Shown here one piece after another: positions 12,560-29,595 of a DNA stretch of 64,000 nt. Every line of letters starts with the position of its first letter. The first letter of the stretch is position 1. The notes below the pieces were generated by a model. That model searched no databases and had not been told where the DNA came from. It worked only from the letters and a program-made list of their open reading frames with translations. Source of the DNA: the human T2T-CHM13v2.0 reference genome, Homo sapiens; assembly GCF_009914755.1 (NCBI RefSeq), contig NC_060925.1. One strand, 5' to 3'. A program made the position numbers and the translations under genes.

Positions 12560-13690
12560 CCTATCCCCGAAAGTCCAGACGTACGGACCCGAAGGCCTGT
12601 GGCCAAATCATGCGTGGGTGCCTACTACAGATTTATGAAAAGCAGAGAAGGGCCAGCGTGTTTGCCTTCTAAGGCGTATTGTTCTGTAGCGTCGGCATCC
12701 TCAGGCGTTCACGTAAATAGAGCCATTTTTTACAAGGAGTAGGGATAAACCTGGTGATAGGATGAGGGACTACGTAACTTTCTTTCTCTCCAGATCCATC
12801 CCGGGGGAGGCTGGGCGGGCGGGCGGCTGCTCCGGTCCAGGGGTGGAGGTCGGGGCCCTGACCCGACGCAGCCAGGCGGAAGCGCGGCTGCCATTGGAGG
12901 CTGCTTTTACCTGCGCGGGGCCCGGGGCGCAAAGTCCGAGGCGCCGGGGGGAGGAGGCGGCGGACGGCAGCGCAGGTGGGCCCGCGCTCTCGGCCCTGCA
13001 AGATGCCCCTGAAGCTGCGGGGGAAGAAGAAGGCCAAGTCCAAGGAGACCGCCGGGCTGGTGGAGGGCGAGCCGACGGGCGCGGGCGGCGGGAGCCTCTC
13101 AGCGTCCCGGGCTCCCGCACGCAGGCTGGTCTTCCACGCGCAGCTGGCGCACGGTAGTGCCACGGGCCGAGTGGAGGGCTTCTCCAGCATCCAGGAGCTC
13201 TACGCCCAGATCGCGGGCGCGTTTGAAATCTCGCCGTCGGAGGTAAGGCGCCAGGTGCTCAGGCTCTCCCGCCTCTCCGCCGCGCCGCGCCGCGCCGCGC
13301 GTATTTCTGTGGGCCCAGGAGGGTTGAGCGGCGTTTCCCGGAGCGCGAAATCCGATGCCGTGTTGAGTCCGCCGGGGGCGTCCCGGGGGAAAGTGAGTGT
13401 GCCTTCCCTGGAAGGGAAAATTTAACTTGGCAGGACCGCAGAAAGTCACAGTCCCCCTTGCTCCGAGATCTGGCCTTTGGGAAGCGGGTTGAGGGAGGCA
13501 ACCTTTCTTCCGCTTGCAAATGTGTTTGCTCCAGATGTCCCGGATTCCGCCGGCCGTTCAAGGCGTGAGCACCTTCCCAGACTCGAGATCTGGCGGGGCA
13601 GATTAATACCCTCCACTTCATCTGGACTTTACTCTCCTGTTTCCTCCGCAGGCGTGAGAGTCACGCAGGTCATCTCCCTAGATTAACGGG
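12560..13690 (+). promoter_or_regulatory. GIPC2: CpG-island promoter / first exon of GIPC2
   Basis: Abrupt rise in GC and CpG content around exon 1. GC-box-like GGGCGG and G-run clusters at 12800-12965. No obvious TATA box. Confidence 0.9.
13003..13242 (+). CDS. GIPC2: GIPC2 coding exon 1 (codons 1-80; N-terminus and start of the GH1 domain)
   Basis: ATG at 13003 begins [16 protein letters not shown]...[39 protein letters not shown]. It ends at a strong donor GAG|GTAAGG (GT at 13243). 240 nt, phase 0, inside a CpG island. Confidence 0.97.
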
Positions 13691-14902
13691 GGAAAAAAAA
13701 AATAGAAGTGCCTTGCAGGTGATACCCAGATTAAGTGGGGGGAAAACATTGAAGAGCCTTCCAGGTAATACCAAACGGAGGCCCACTTTCCCCCAATCTG
13801 TCATTTCTAACATCAGCACCAGAAACCCTTTGGTGGTATTTCCAAGAAGTTTAAAAAGCTGGGCTGTTATTCCAAGAGTGGATAACCTAGAGATTCATAC
13901 TTAATCACGTGGGACTAGTTAACAAAATTTTCATGAGGAAGATCAGCTCTTTTACATCGTATCCTTAAAAAGGGACTGAAATTTGCTTTAATTAGATTGC
14001 ATGGGGGCCTGGAACTAAGTTTGACACAGGCATGACCTAAAGCACTAGTTTATGTGAACGTTTATGTGACCACTTTATTTGTGCTAACCCAAGTGAACTG
14101 CAAAGGTAGGTGTGAAAAGTTAGCTCAACAAAATATTTTGTCCACATTTCTAGGAAAAGCATATAATTTTGTTGCCCTGGACTCAGAGGAGTGCAGAGAG
14201 CTGTCTTTGAGGCCTACAGCGGCACCTGGAGTTCTTTAATTAGTTGTTTATCAGGTCTGTTCAAGGGAAATTGAGGTCAAGGCAAAATTCCAAGAGGAGA
14301 CGAAAGAGAGCTTAAAGTGTAACCCTTTGTTCTTTCGAAGTTCCCAGGCACTAAGGGGCAAATCGCAAACCCATCTGTGAATTATTTGTATTGATATAGG
14401 ATACTAATAATACTTCACATTTATATAGGATTTTTTTTTTTTCAAAAAACACTTTCACAGGACACTTTCCTTTGATCTCTAGGGGAGGCAGGTGGCAGGT
14501 TAAATACGATAACTTGGACATGGAGCCAGGTTCTACCCTTTACTAGCTGTGTGGACTTGAATGAGTTTAACTTCTCTCAGTTTTCGCCATCTGTAAAATA
14601 GAGATTAGAATATTTGTCTTGAAGAGTATTGTGAAGAGTGGAGTCCGTATGTAAACGTATCAGATTGCATAGTTTATGGTTAGGGCTTAATACATGGTAA
14701 CTAATATGATTAATACCTAACAGTTAAATGAAGGACTGAAGTACAAAGTGATTGGCCCTTAGCCAAGGTCACATACCTAGCAAAAAAAAACTTGACTGTA
14801 ATTTAAACTTGGATCTTCTGATTCCTAAGCTAGTGAGCTTGTTAGCATACTTAACTGACAACTTTAAATGTCTTTGCTGTAACCAGGGACTTCAGTTTTA
14901 GT

Positions 14903-15105
14903 TACAGATGGTCCTGGGTTTATGATAGTTAGACTTAAGATTTTTGACTTCGCCATGGATTTATTAGGATGTAACTTCCTGGACTTAAGATTTTTCCACT
15001 TTATGGGTTTATTGGGGTATTAAATGCATTTTTGACTTATGATATTTTTGACTCACAATGGATTTATTGGGACATAACACCTTGGTAAGTAGAGGAGCAT
15101 GTGTA
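14903..15105. mobile_element. Tigger-derived MITE (MER82-like)
   Basis: TA-CAGATGGTCCT...AGGAGCATGTG-TA inverted ends with internal GACTTAAGATTTTT repeats. Confidence 0.6.
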
Positions 15106-15274
15106 TTTTGCATTAACACTTCTCATCATTATATATGACATTATTCTGAGCTCAAGGTACATGATTTTATTCAATCTACTTAATCCCTAAGAAGTAAGTA
15201 TTATTATTAATATCCCCACTTCACAGAGAGGAAACAGACTTTGAGGTTCAGAATTTTTCCAGAATTACACATAG

Positions 15275-16354
<1,080 letters not shown>

Positions 16355-16800
16355 CTGTGATGTAAATAACTTTTGAGATGTCAGTGGGGACAAAAACATT
16401 TGCCCCCCTTAATGGGATTGAATAGATAGTTAACTCAGAAGTCCTGCCTTTTTTCTAGAGTGGTGGCTGTAAGGATATAAATAGCACTACATGAAGAGCT
16501 AGCCACTCTTTATTGAGGAGAAAGGGAAAAGACTTGATGTCAAGTGGAGCAGATAATCAGGGCCCATAATGTGCCCACAGCTGTGCTAGGCCTGTAAGCC
16601 TACAGTGTGTTCACTCCATCCTCACCAGAATCTTTTCATTTTACAATTTAGTGAAGTGAGACTCTGAGAAGTTAAATAGGCTGGTATGTGGCTGAGCCAG
16701 GATTTGAATTCTGGTTTCCTGGTTCTAAGTCTATTACATAGCAGCTGTGAGATTCTTGGTAGCTGCATTCAAATTCCAAATACGAACCCAGAAAAACCTC

Positions 16801-17103
16801 TTTTTTTTTTTTTTTTTTTTGAGATGGAGTCTAGCTCCGTCGCCCAGGTTGAAGTGCAACGGTGTGATCGTGGCTCACTGCAACCTCCGCCTTCTGGGTT
16901 CAAGTGATCCTCCTGCCTCAGCCTCCTGAATAGCTGGGATTACAGGCACGCGCCATCATGCCTGGATAATTTTTGTGTTTTTGTAGAGATGGGGTTTCAC
17001 CATGTTGGCCAGGCTGGTCTCAAACTCCTGACCTCAGGTGATCCGCCCACCTCGGCCTCCCAAAGTGAGCTGGGATTACCGACGTGAGCTACTGCACCTG
17101 GCC
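16801..17103 (-). mobile_element. AluS flanked by an ~80-bp direct duplication
   Basis: Full Alu with T20 tail. Flanks 16721-16800 and 17104-17183 are near-identical. Confidence 0.93.
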
Positions 17104-17535
17104 GGTTCCAAGTCTATTACATAGCAGCTGTGAGATTCTTGGTAGCTGCATTCAAATTCTAAACACTAACCTGGAAAAACGTCTTTTGTAAACAAATTTT
17201 TTTTTTCAATAAAAGCCTCAGACTTAACCACAAAAATATTTATTGCCTCAAAAAGATGTTGATGTGAGACTGACAGTTGTGGACTTCAGCTAGTGTTTTG
17301 TGGTCCCTGAAGGAATAAGCTAATGAAGGCTGTGAATCAGTTAAGATTTGTTATTAAGTTGAGACAGATGGCCAGTTATGCAAAAATCCCTCATATCTGA
17401 TGCCTTTTTTCAAAACAATTAAATGAACAATTCAGTAAAAAGAAAAAAAACCCTGTAAATTAATCTCATCTAAAGAACAATTAACTCCTACATAAATGCA
17501 AAGACTCTTCTTGAGAAAGTTTAATACATACCATC

Positions 17536-17839
17536 TTTTTTTTTTTTTCTTTTTTTTGTGACGGGAGTCTCGCTCTGTCGCCCAGGCTGGAGTGCAGTGG
17601 TGCTATCTCAGCTCACTACAAGCTCCGCCTCCTGGGTTCATGCCATTGTCCTGCCTCAACCTCCTGAGTAGCTGGGACTACAGGTGCCTGCCACCATGCC
17701 CGGCTAATTTTTTGTATTTTTAGTAGAGGCAGGGTTTCACTGTGTTAGCCAGGATTGTCTCGATCTCCTGACCTTGTGATCTGCCCGCCTCAGCCTCCCA
17801 AAGTGCTGAGATTACAGGCGTGAGCCACCGTGTCCGGCC
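17536..17839 (-). mobile_element. AluY-like element
   Basis: CAAGCTCCGCC and GTGTTAGCCAGGAT diagnostics; TSD AATACATACCATCTTTT. Confidence 0.9.
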
Positions 17840-18337
17840 AATACATACCATCTTTTAAAATATCCAGGTTACATGAAACTCTCGAGCTATGGTCATACAT
17901 TTTGTTGAAGGGGCATTTTGAATATTTGACTACTGTAATTGTTTGGCAAGTAGTTTTTACCATGATATATTTTCCTAATTCTCTATTATGTGGAAAGATT
18001 GTAGGAAAAAATAATGAATGTGAAAACTTAAGAAAAGACGTATAATAAAAAAAAGAACCCCACTTTGCTCAATACATTCATTTTGTAAAATGTAAAAAAA
18101 AAAAGAAATGATGTCATCATTATTGATCCTTGGACATTAAAAGAATAACAAAGAAATATTATTAACAAAAAAAAGATAAGTTTTATAGTTAGAAATTTTA
18201 CATGTCCAGAAACTGGAAATTCAGATGCAGTTTCTCTGCAGAATTCAGAAATTACTTCCTTTTACTTGTTTAGATTAGTTTGCGTGTGATATTAGATACC
18301 AAATAGTTCATTGAATAATAAATGAGTAATTCAGTGA

Positions 18338-18699
<362 letters not shown>

Positions 18700-20148
18700 G
18701 TAGAATTGTGATTTTTAAGGTGAGATTTTATCCTCACAAGCATGCTGTTATTTCTCTTAAACAGACAAACCTTCTTTTGACACCTGTTCCCATCCCCTGT
18801 ATTACCACCTCATTTCTCCTTTTTAGCAAAACTCTTCAAAAGTTGCTGTCTCTGAGATACAATTTGTATCTCATTTTCTGCTCTAAACCTTTCATGGCTT
18901 CCCCTCTCACTTGGAACAAACCAAAATACTATGATGGGCTACGGGCTCTGTTACCTCTTCAGAATCGTTGTTCCTTCTGCTCCAGCCAGACTGGTCTCCT
19001 TGAATGCTGGAGCCTTAAGACTTTTGCATTGGTTTTTGCCTCCGCCAGAACCTCTTCCTACAGAATGCCCTTCCTTAAGTCTGTTCAAATGTCATCTTCT
19101 TGGTGAGGCTAGCACTGATCATCTCTAGGTGCAACACTCCCTGTTCCCTTCTCTGCTTAATTTTTCTCCGTAGCATACTATCCTATGTATATTTAACTTA
19201 TTTTGTTTATGGTCTGCCCCCTTGCCCCAATAGAAGCTCCACAAAGGCAAGGATTTTTGTCTTTGTTTACTGATGTGGCCCTCAAGGGCCTAGACTTTGC
19301 CTGAAACATATTATAGTTGGAGTTTAAAAAATAGTTGTTGAATAAAAGGATCCTCACCAATTCAGTAGTTAAAACCTAGTGTCTTTAGCATAAAGCTTTA
19401 GTATTGATTACAATACTAATATCTTATGTAGGTGTTAATTTTTTTTATGTTCTGCTATGAGGAAAGAGACTAGCCTTTAGGTGGGGGTAGTGAGGAACAT
19501 CACTCATATCTTTAAAATTTTTTGAAAATAAATGTATATATTTAAGGTATACAACACGATGTTTTGATATAAATAGTGAAATAATTATTACAGTCAAGCT
19601 AATTAATATATCCATCTTAGAAACTATGAAATTTGAGGCTCTGTTTGCAAGCAAAGTCACTTCCTAAATGAGTTACAGCATATGAGGAGCTGCTTCCTGA
19701 GGCTTCCCAGAAGCTGCTTCCTTTTCTCAACTTGCTGACACTAGCACTGAGCTCTTTTGAAAGTCAATATTCTGTATTTATGTGGTACTTCTAGAAGACA
19801 TGAAATGTTCTGCAGACTTTATCATTTCCCAGCAGTGCAAATAACTGGCAAGTGGAACTGTTATCTTTCTGGTTCACAAATGGGAAACTGGGACGAATAG
19901 AGAAAATAGGGTTTTACTGATTTGCATATAGCACCCCCTGCCCTGGAAAAACAAGTTACAAAAATCTACAAAAAATGAAAGAATTGGGAATTGGGTGTGA
20001 ATATTACTATTGAGGTCTGAGGAATATGAAGTAAGCCCGTCAAAATTGAGTAGAAAAAGTGTGAGAAGCAGTCCCTGACATCTGGTAGGGGCCTTGGCAC
20101 TTGCAGGAAGGCCTTGGCATTCTGTTGCACATAAACAATTGCACAGCA

Positions 20149-20437
20149 TGTCAACAGCAGATAAGACTGCTCTGACTGTGGTAATTTCTCCTACCTTACA
20201 GATAGGTTTACTAAGATTCCTGGTCATAGAATTGCACCCATTTCCTGACAGCACCCTATCCAGAACAAACCCATGCTTTGGACCCTCTCCCAAATCACCT
20301 AACACAAGCCCAAATCCTTTGTAATGTCTCTTTCTGAAACCCCCAGGATTTCCCATAGAGTGCTGTCACCCTCCTCACAAGGAGCAATAAACTGCAGGTG
20401 AGAATCCCTGGTGGTCTTTGCCTGGAAGGTGTTGGCA
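20149..20437 (+). mobile_element. Probable solo LTR (ERV1 class, family uncertain)
   Basis: Starts TGTCAACA and ends TGTTGGCA (imperfect terminal inverted repeat), with an AATAAA at about 20386. Confidence 0.5.
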
Positions 20438-20544
20438 GTTGTCACTTGTCACTGTTGGGTTATTACAATGCAGATTCTAAAGAGGCAGCCTGAATTTGGT
20501 TTCCCTGACTCCACTCATCCTCTTTTAGTATTTTAATGCTGTGA

Positions 20545-20845
20545 TCATACCAGTCTAATCTTAGCACTTTGGAAGGCTGAGAAGGGAGAATCCTTGAAGC
20601 CAGGAGTTTGATTGACAACAGCCTGGGCAACATAGTGGTACCCTGCCTCTTAAAAAAAAAAAAAAAAAAAAAGCCAAAAAAAAAAAAAATTAGCCAGAGG
20701 TGGTGGTACGTACCTGTAGTCCCAGTATTCAGGAGGCTGAGGTGGGAGGATCACTCAAGCCGGAGTTTGAGGCTGCAGTGAGCTATGATTGTGCTGCTAC
20801 ACTCCAGCCTGGGCAACAGAGCAAGACTGTCTAAACAAACAAAAA
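20545..20845 (+). mobile_element. AluJ with an expanded central A-linker
   Basis: Alu arms with ~35 A residues in the linker (20652-20689). Confidence 0.85.
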
Positions 20846-21929
20846 CCTGCAAGGGGCTCCTCATTACTTACAAACCAATTACTACCAGCCAAACAATGTC
20901 TCATATTCCTGTCTGCCTCTTGAGTCCTCTCCTATGCCCACTGTTCCAATCTCACTTCTTAATAATCCCCTTTACATTCAACAATATTTAACTGTTTCAT
21001 TCCATTGTGCTTTTTCTCATGCTGTTCTTTGTTCCAGTAACTCCTACTCACTTTTCTAGTCCTGTAATTTCCTCCAAGAAGCCTACCCTGTGAATCCACA
21101 AATCTGGATACCCGCTATTGCATGATTTTTAACATAGCATTTGCACATAAGATTGAATTTAGTTACTCCTCTGTTTCTTCCTGAGGGCTGGGACTTTTTT
21201 CCTTTTTAAATCTTGTTCTTAGATGGTTAGCTAGATGGTTTAGCTGCTCCTTAAAAGTTTACTAAATAAAAGTAGATAATGGATATAGTAGGAGAGAAAG
21301 CTGAGGATATAGATAGTAGTAAGACTACAAATGTCCTTGAAGTTGTATGGATTTTATTCTGTAGGCAATGAGAATAACTCAGATCTTTTTCGGAAGAAGC
21401 AAGGATCCCTGACACATATTTTACAAAGTAGAAGCACACTCAACCATTCATTCTCTGTATTTTCTTTCTAAATAATATTCAGTTTAAATGGAATATAATG
21501 GTATTTTCTGGATTTACATCATACCATCTGAGAAGTTATAAATATATCACAGTCATTATGTAGGCTTGATATCCCCTCCTGAGCACCAGCCTCATTTTTA
21601 TATGAAAAATTCAGGCAAGAAAAACATGACTCATTTTGAGAAGTGGGAGGAGAATCCAACCAGCTGCCTTATAGACCTCATTGCTGTCAGGAGGGTATGA
21701 AATGGATAAGACTGCTGTTGTGCTAGAAGTACCCTGAAGAAGATATCTGAACAACCCTAAAATAAAGTTTACACCCTTGGGCAGGGGTAGACTCCTCTTC
21801 AAACCCTGGCTACCTGTAGGTTAATAGCCAGCCCCTTCACATTCTCCCACCTGCAATCACCAACCCAGCTACCCTGAGTGGAGTGGAAGGCTCTTGCAGG
21901 TTATCTTGGGCAATTTGTATGTATGTATA

Positions 21930-22263
21930 TGTCTGTCTGGCTGCTGTAACAGACTATCAAAAACTGAGTTGCTTCTAAACAACAAAAATTTATTGACTGG
22001 GAAGTCCTAGATTGATGTGCCGGCCATGTGGTATCTTGTGGGAGCCCACTTCCTGGTTCATAGACAGCCATCTTGTTGCATCCTCATGTAACAGAAGGGG
22101 AAAGGGAGCTCTCTCTAGGGCCTCTTCTATGCAGGCACTAATCCTATTCCTGAAGGCTTGACCCTCATGACCCAGTCACCTCCCAAAGACCCCACCTCCA
22201 AATACCATCACCTGGTAGGAGGTGGGGGATTAGGCTTGGGGACACACACATGTTCAGTCCATA
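21930..22263. mobile_element. MaLR solo LTR (MLT1A-like)
   Basis: Typical MLT1A blocks: GGCTGCTGTAACA..AAACAACAAAAATTTATT..GGCACTAATCC..CCCTCATGACC..CACCTCCCAAAGACCCCACCTCCAAATACCATCAC..TTCAGTCCATA. Confidence 0.75.
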
Positions 22264-23102
22264 TAAATATTTATATTAAAATGTATAGGGAGGTAAGGAA
22301 GCTTAGGACAGCTTCTGCAGCTGCACAGTCAGGTTCCATGGACAGTTGGAACGTTGCTCATTCTGTTCAGGTTAAAGCAGTAGCTTTATACTGTAGAGAA
22401 CTGAGAGCAAGTCTAGTTGTCCTTAACCTTCCATCTCAGCCTCTCTCTCTCCCTGCTTATTCTACTTTTGACTGATTCTTTCTTCTCATCCTCTTGACTT
22501 TGCTCCTCCCATTATTACCTCACCCCACTGTGTCTTTGTGTTTCTTTACCTCTCTACTTTCTGTGCCCTGCCTGTGTATCTTATTAAACTTCCTAAGAAA
22601 GAGTCTTTGTTGTGTCAGGGTACAGCACAGGTGGGACAGGACCCTTGGGCCTGTGGGTCAGGTTCATCTCTGCTCCAGCCTACAGGGTCATGTGGTACAG
22701 AGGTAGGTGAGCAGTGGATAAGGAGTCCTGCAGGAGAGAGCTATGCACATGGTAGATATTCTGAGACATCTTGATTTAGGGGAACGTAAATGGCAGACAC
22801 CTTCCATGGCCTGTTTAGAAAACGAAAGTATTTTCCGTTCTCTATGACCTTTATGCATTGTTCTCTTTATCTGGAAATCTCTCCCCTACTCTTTCCCTGT
22901 TAACTCCTACTTGTGCTGCAGGACTTGCAGGTCATTACCTGAAGCCTCCCCACTACCTCAGGACTGGGTTCTGTGCCTATCCTCTAAACTTCCATAACTC
23001 TTATCAGACTTTATGGTCATCATTGCTTTAATGTCTGTCTCTTCCATAAGATTGAGAGCCACTCTGGGCAAAGACTGGCAGTTAGTATGCAGTAAAACTT
23101 AT

Positions 23103-23414
<312 letters not shown>

Positions 23415-26363
23415 TTAAATACATGCAAAATCAAGGAAATAGTGTAATTAACTCCATGTGCCCAGCTTCGACAATTGTCAACATTTGCCAACATTTCTTT
23501 TCTTCCCTCATTAACAAAATTTTTATTAAATATAACACAAGTAGAGAAAAGCACATAAAACAAATGTGTAAATTAATGGATAAATTGAACACCTTTGTAA
23601 CCACACCTGTGTCAGGAGATAGACTTTATCAGCCTCCTGAGAACCTTCCATGTGCCCCTTCCCACTTGCACCCAAGAGTAACAACCATCCTGACTTTCAT
23701 GGTAATGAATCCCATTATATAGTTTTTTCATTTATGTGCTTTCCTAAACACCATAATTTGGACTTCTTTTAAATATGTTTTTGAGTCTTTTTTAATCTAT
23801 AGATTCCCCTTCGTCTTGTTCTCTTTCCAGTGTATTTGTTGAAGCAGCCAGATCTTTTACCCTGTGTGTTTCACAGTTTGTTTTTTGCTGATTGCATTCC
23901 TGTAGTCTAGTTTGGCATCCCCAGTCACTGTATTTCCTATAAATTAATAGTTGTAGTCTAGGTTTAATCAGTTGGGGTTTGATTTTTTTCCCGATGAGAC
24001 AATATCAAAAGTGTAGTTAAAATTTTATATTGAATGAATAAAATCAACAGATAAAATAGGGGTCTTACCTTTTAAAATGTCATCAGTTCTATTCTACTGG
24101 AATAGACTCCATCCCATTTTGAAAAGTCTCTCCTATGTTTTTTATTTCAGTTGTCTGTACGGTGAAGCAACTGTGTTTTTCTATAACCCTCTGAATGTAT
24201 GGCTGGGACTATCTGTGAGCCCTTCATCCCTAAGAAACCCTCTCAGCTATACCCTCAGCAGAGCCAGATGTGCTTTTCCTACATCTGAATGCTGGCAGAA
24301 TTTTTCTGATGCATAATTGTACATATTTATGGGATATGTGTGAGATTTTGATATAGGCATGCAATATGTAATGATCAAGTCAGGGAATTTAGAATTACTG
24401 GTGGAATTTTAATTTTTCAAAAGAAATCACTGTGGAGATATTTCTTCCTGTTATGTGTATAAAGAACCAAATACAGGGAAGAAAGAACTAAAAACCCTGT
24501 AATAAAAGGTGTGTACCATGTCAAAAAAGTTTACTTTGATCATTTGTACATGTTATGAATTTATAGCTGGAAAGAGTGATTATAATACAGTTTTAAAATG
24601 GAAGGTAGATAATTTAGGCATGTTCAATCTTATTCTTCATTAGAAAACTTATTGGTTATTGGCTTTGTGCCAGTCACTGCCCCAAATGTTGGGATACATC
24701 AATGAATAAAACAGACAATAATCCTTGGCCACATGGAGCTTACATTCTAGTCCTCCATCCTATGAGATGGGTACTTCTTGAGTCAATGAGACTGAATGCA
24801 ATAGACATTGTTGGGTTATTCTCTGAACTCTTATAAATTATAGGTTTTCTTTTTATACCCACATTTCTTGCCTTAAGGACCTAGAAAAAAGGACCTAGAA
24901 GCTTTTGCTAAGCAAGAGGAAAACATAAGTATGTTTATACTTTTTGCTGGAAAATGTTCCATCATTTATATGGCCACTCTTAATACCTCCTCTGTGCCAT
25001 ATACTCTTAAACCTCCCTTCTGTTTGGAAGCATGGAATTATAGTATAGCTTAGTGGTTAGGAGTGCCGCTTACTATCTCTGAGACCTTGGGCAAGTTATT
25101 GGCTGCTCTTTGTTTCTGTTCCTCATCTGTTAAGTGGGGTTAATGATACTTGTCATCACAAAAGGTTGTCGTGAGGGGTACATGAAAAATCATGTATGTA
25201 AGATCTGTGCCTGGCACATAGTAGGTATTTTTTAAATGGTAGTTATAATTGTAGAGTTGGAAGAGTCTTTATTGTATTCTAACTTTTGAACTTGTTTACC
25301 AAATAGACAACCATCTTTAGTTACTTTTAACTGATTTTTTTTTAATTGAAGGATTCACTCAGAGCGCTTATTAGGAGTTCAGCATTGTGCTTGATGCTGG
25401 GAACTTAAAGGTGAAGATGACATAGCCCCATCCTCCAGTGGAGTGTGGTTCAATGACAAACAATTTGACAAGCTAGTGTGGGTTTCCTAAAATGTGTTCC
25501 AAGCAACATGAATCCCTTGACATATTATAGAAAAAATGCCTCCAGTTGTCAAATAACTTTGGGAACTGTATTTTGTAAATTCATGATACATATTAATGGC
25601 TTTGAGAAGTCCACTAAAAATTTAAATATCCAAGAATCTTGGTGTTTATTATTCCCTTCACTTATTTGAGTATCGTGCTCTCCCTTTTTTCCTGCATAAC
25701 AAACACTCCGTGGACCAATATTCCAAGATATATACTTCAAAAAAATGCTGGTATGTTTTTTCAAAAATGATTCATCAGTTATTCTGTGATAAAAAGGGAC
25801 TCTATGGTAACTCATAACGTTCTGTTATAGTGAATGCCCATTTAGCACCAAAGAACTCTGCCAAATAGCTTCCATTTCATCCTTGTCCTTTACTGATCGT
25901 TTTGCTGCCCTGTCCTCCTCACTATCCAACTTTGGGCAAGTCTTCCCTCTTGTTGGGGTGGGTGAACTACACCAGTGGTTCCCAAAGCCAGTTGCCTCTT
26001 AGAATCACCTTGGTGACCTTTTTAAAGAACACAGGCTTCTGGGCTTCACCCCTACAGATTTTGACTAGGGCCTGAGAATGTTGTCATTTTAAAAAAGCTT
26101 CCCTGATATACTTAGGTGGCTGGCCTGTCATCCATTGGTAGATTGTGTGTTTGGGAGCCACTGAATTAAATGAAGAGATCCAAGGTCTTTTCTAGCTTGA
26201 ATGTTCCTCCAGAGCTTGTGCATTCAATTAAAAATATTCCAGTGTCATCTTTATGTACAAAGTATTGAGGGACATACAATGATGACTATGACAGTGTTTT
26301 GCAAGTGGCTTGACTATAGAAATCCTTGAAATGGTAGAGACCCTGGTGTATCTAAAGTCATTT

Positions 26364-26715
26364 AGGCTGGGTGCAGTGGCACATACATGCCTGTAATCCA
26401 AGTACTTTGGGAGGCCAAGGTCAGCGGATCACTTGAGTTCAGGGATTCAAGACCAGCCTGGGCAACATGGTGAAATCCCCTCTCTACAAAAAATACAAAA
26501 ATGAGTAAGGCATGGTGATGTGTGCCTCTAGTTCCAGCTGTAGTCCCAAGTTGAAGCTTGGATAGGACTCGGGAGGCAGAGGCAAGAGGATTGCTTGAGC
26601 CCAGGGAGGTTGAGGCTGCAGTGAGCCATGATCGTGCCACTGCCCTCCAGCCTGGGTAACAAGAGTGAGAAAAAACAAAAAACAATAACAAAAAGAAAAA
26701 AAGAAAAAATAAATA
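26364..26715 (+). mobile_element. AluJ with an internal insertion
   Basis: Alu consensus, TSD AAAGTCATTTA, and about 28 extra nt in the right arm. Confidence 0.85.
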
Positions 26716-27092
26716 AAGTCATTTAGAGATCACTTCTTGTTAGAGACGTGCTAGACAGAGAATTTAAAACTGAAGTGCCAATAGCACTCTGTGAATTAGA
26801 GATTAAAAAATGAAGATGTAGTATTTTTGAACTTAATGAGGACTTTTGGAAAATAGAATTCTATGAATATAATTCAGTAAGGCATAGTAGTATAAACTTG
26901 ACATAAGAATTTTTTTAGAAGCTGAAGCATATTTTCTGCTTTTCTGACATCAAATGTAATGTTTGGAAATTTGGGATGGTGATATCACACAAATTCTTTT
27001 ATAGTTGTTTCAAAGCTTTATAGGTAAAGGATATAGGTGGGCTGTAATCAATTCGTAAGATCTATTCCTAATCTAACCTGTTTCATCTCTCT

Positions 27093-29595
<2,503 letters not shown>

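Noticed and set aside
13243-13425. Read-through of exon 1 into the intron (149-aa ORF), and similar ORF extensions around exons 2 and 3
   Set aside because: Consensus splice sites delimit the GIPC-homologous parts exactly; the extensions have no similarity to GIPC proteins.
12669-13686. Several long overlapping ORFs on both strands (e.g. 173 aa minus, 131 aa plus from ATG 12762)
   Set aside because: Expected from stop-codon scarcity in a CpG island. The products are low-complexity Pro/Ala/Arg/Gly with no recognisable family. ATG 12762 matters only if transcription starts upstream of it.
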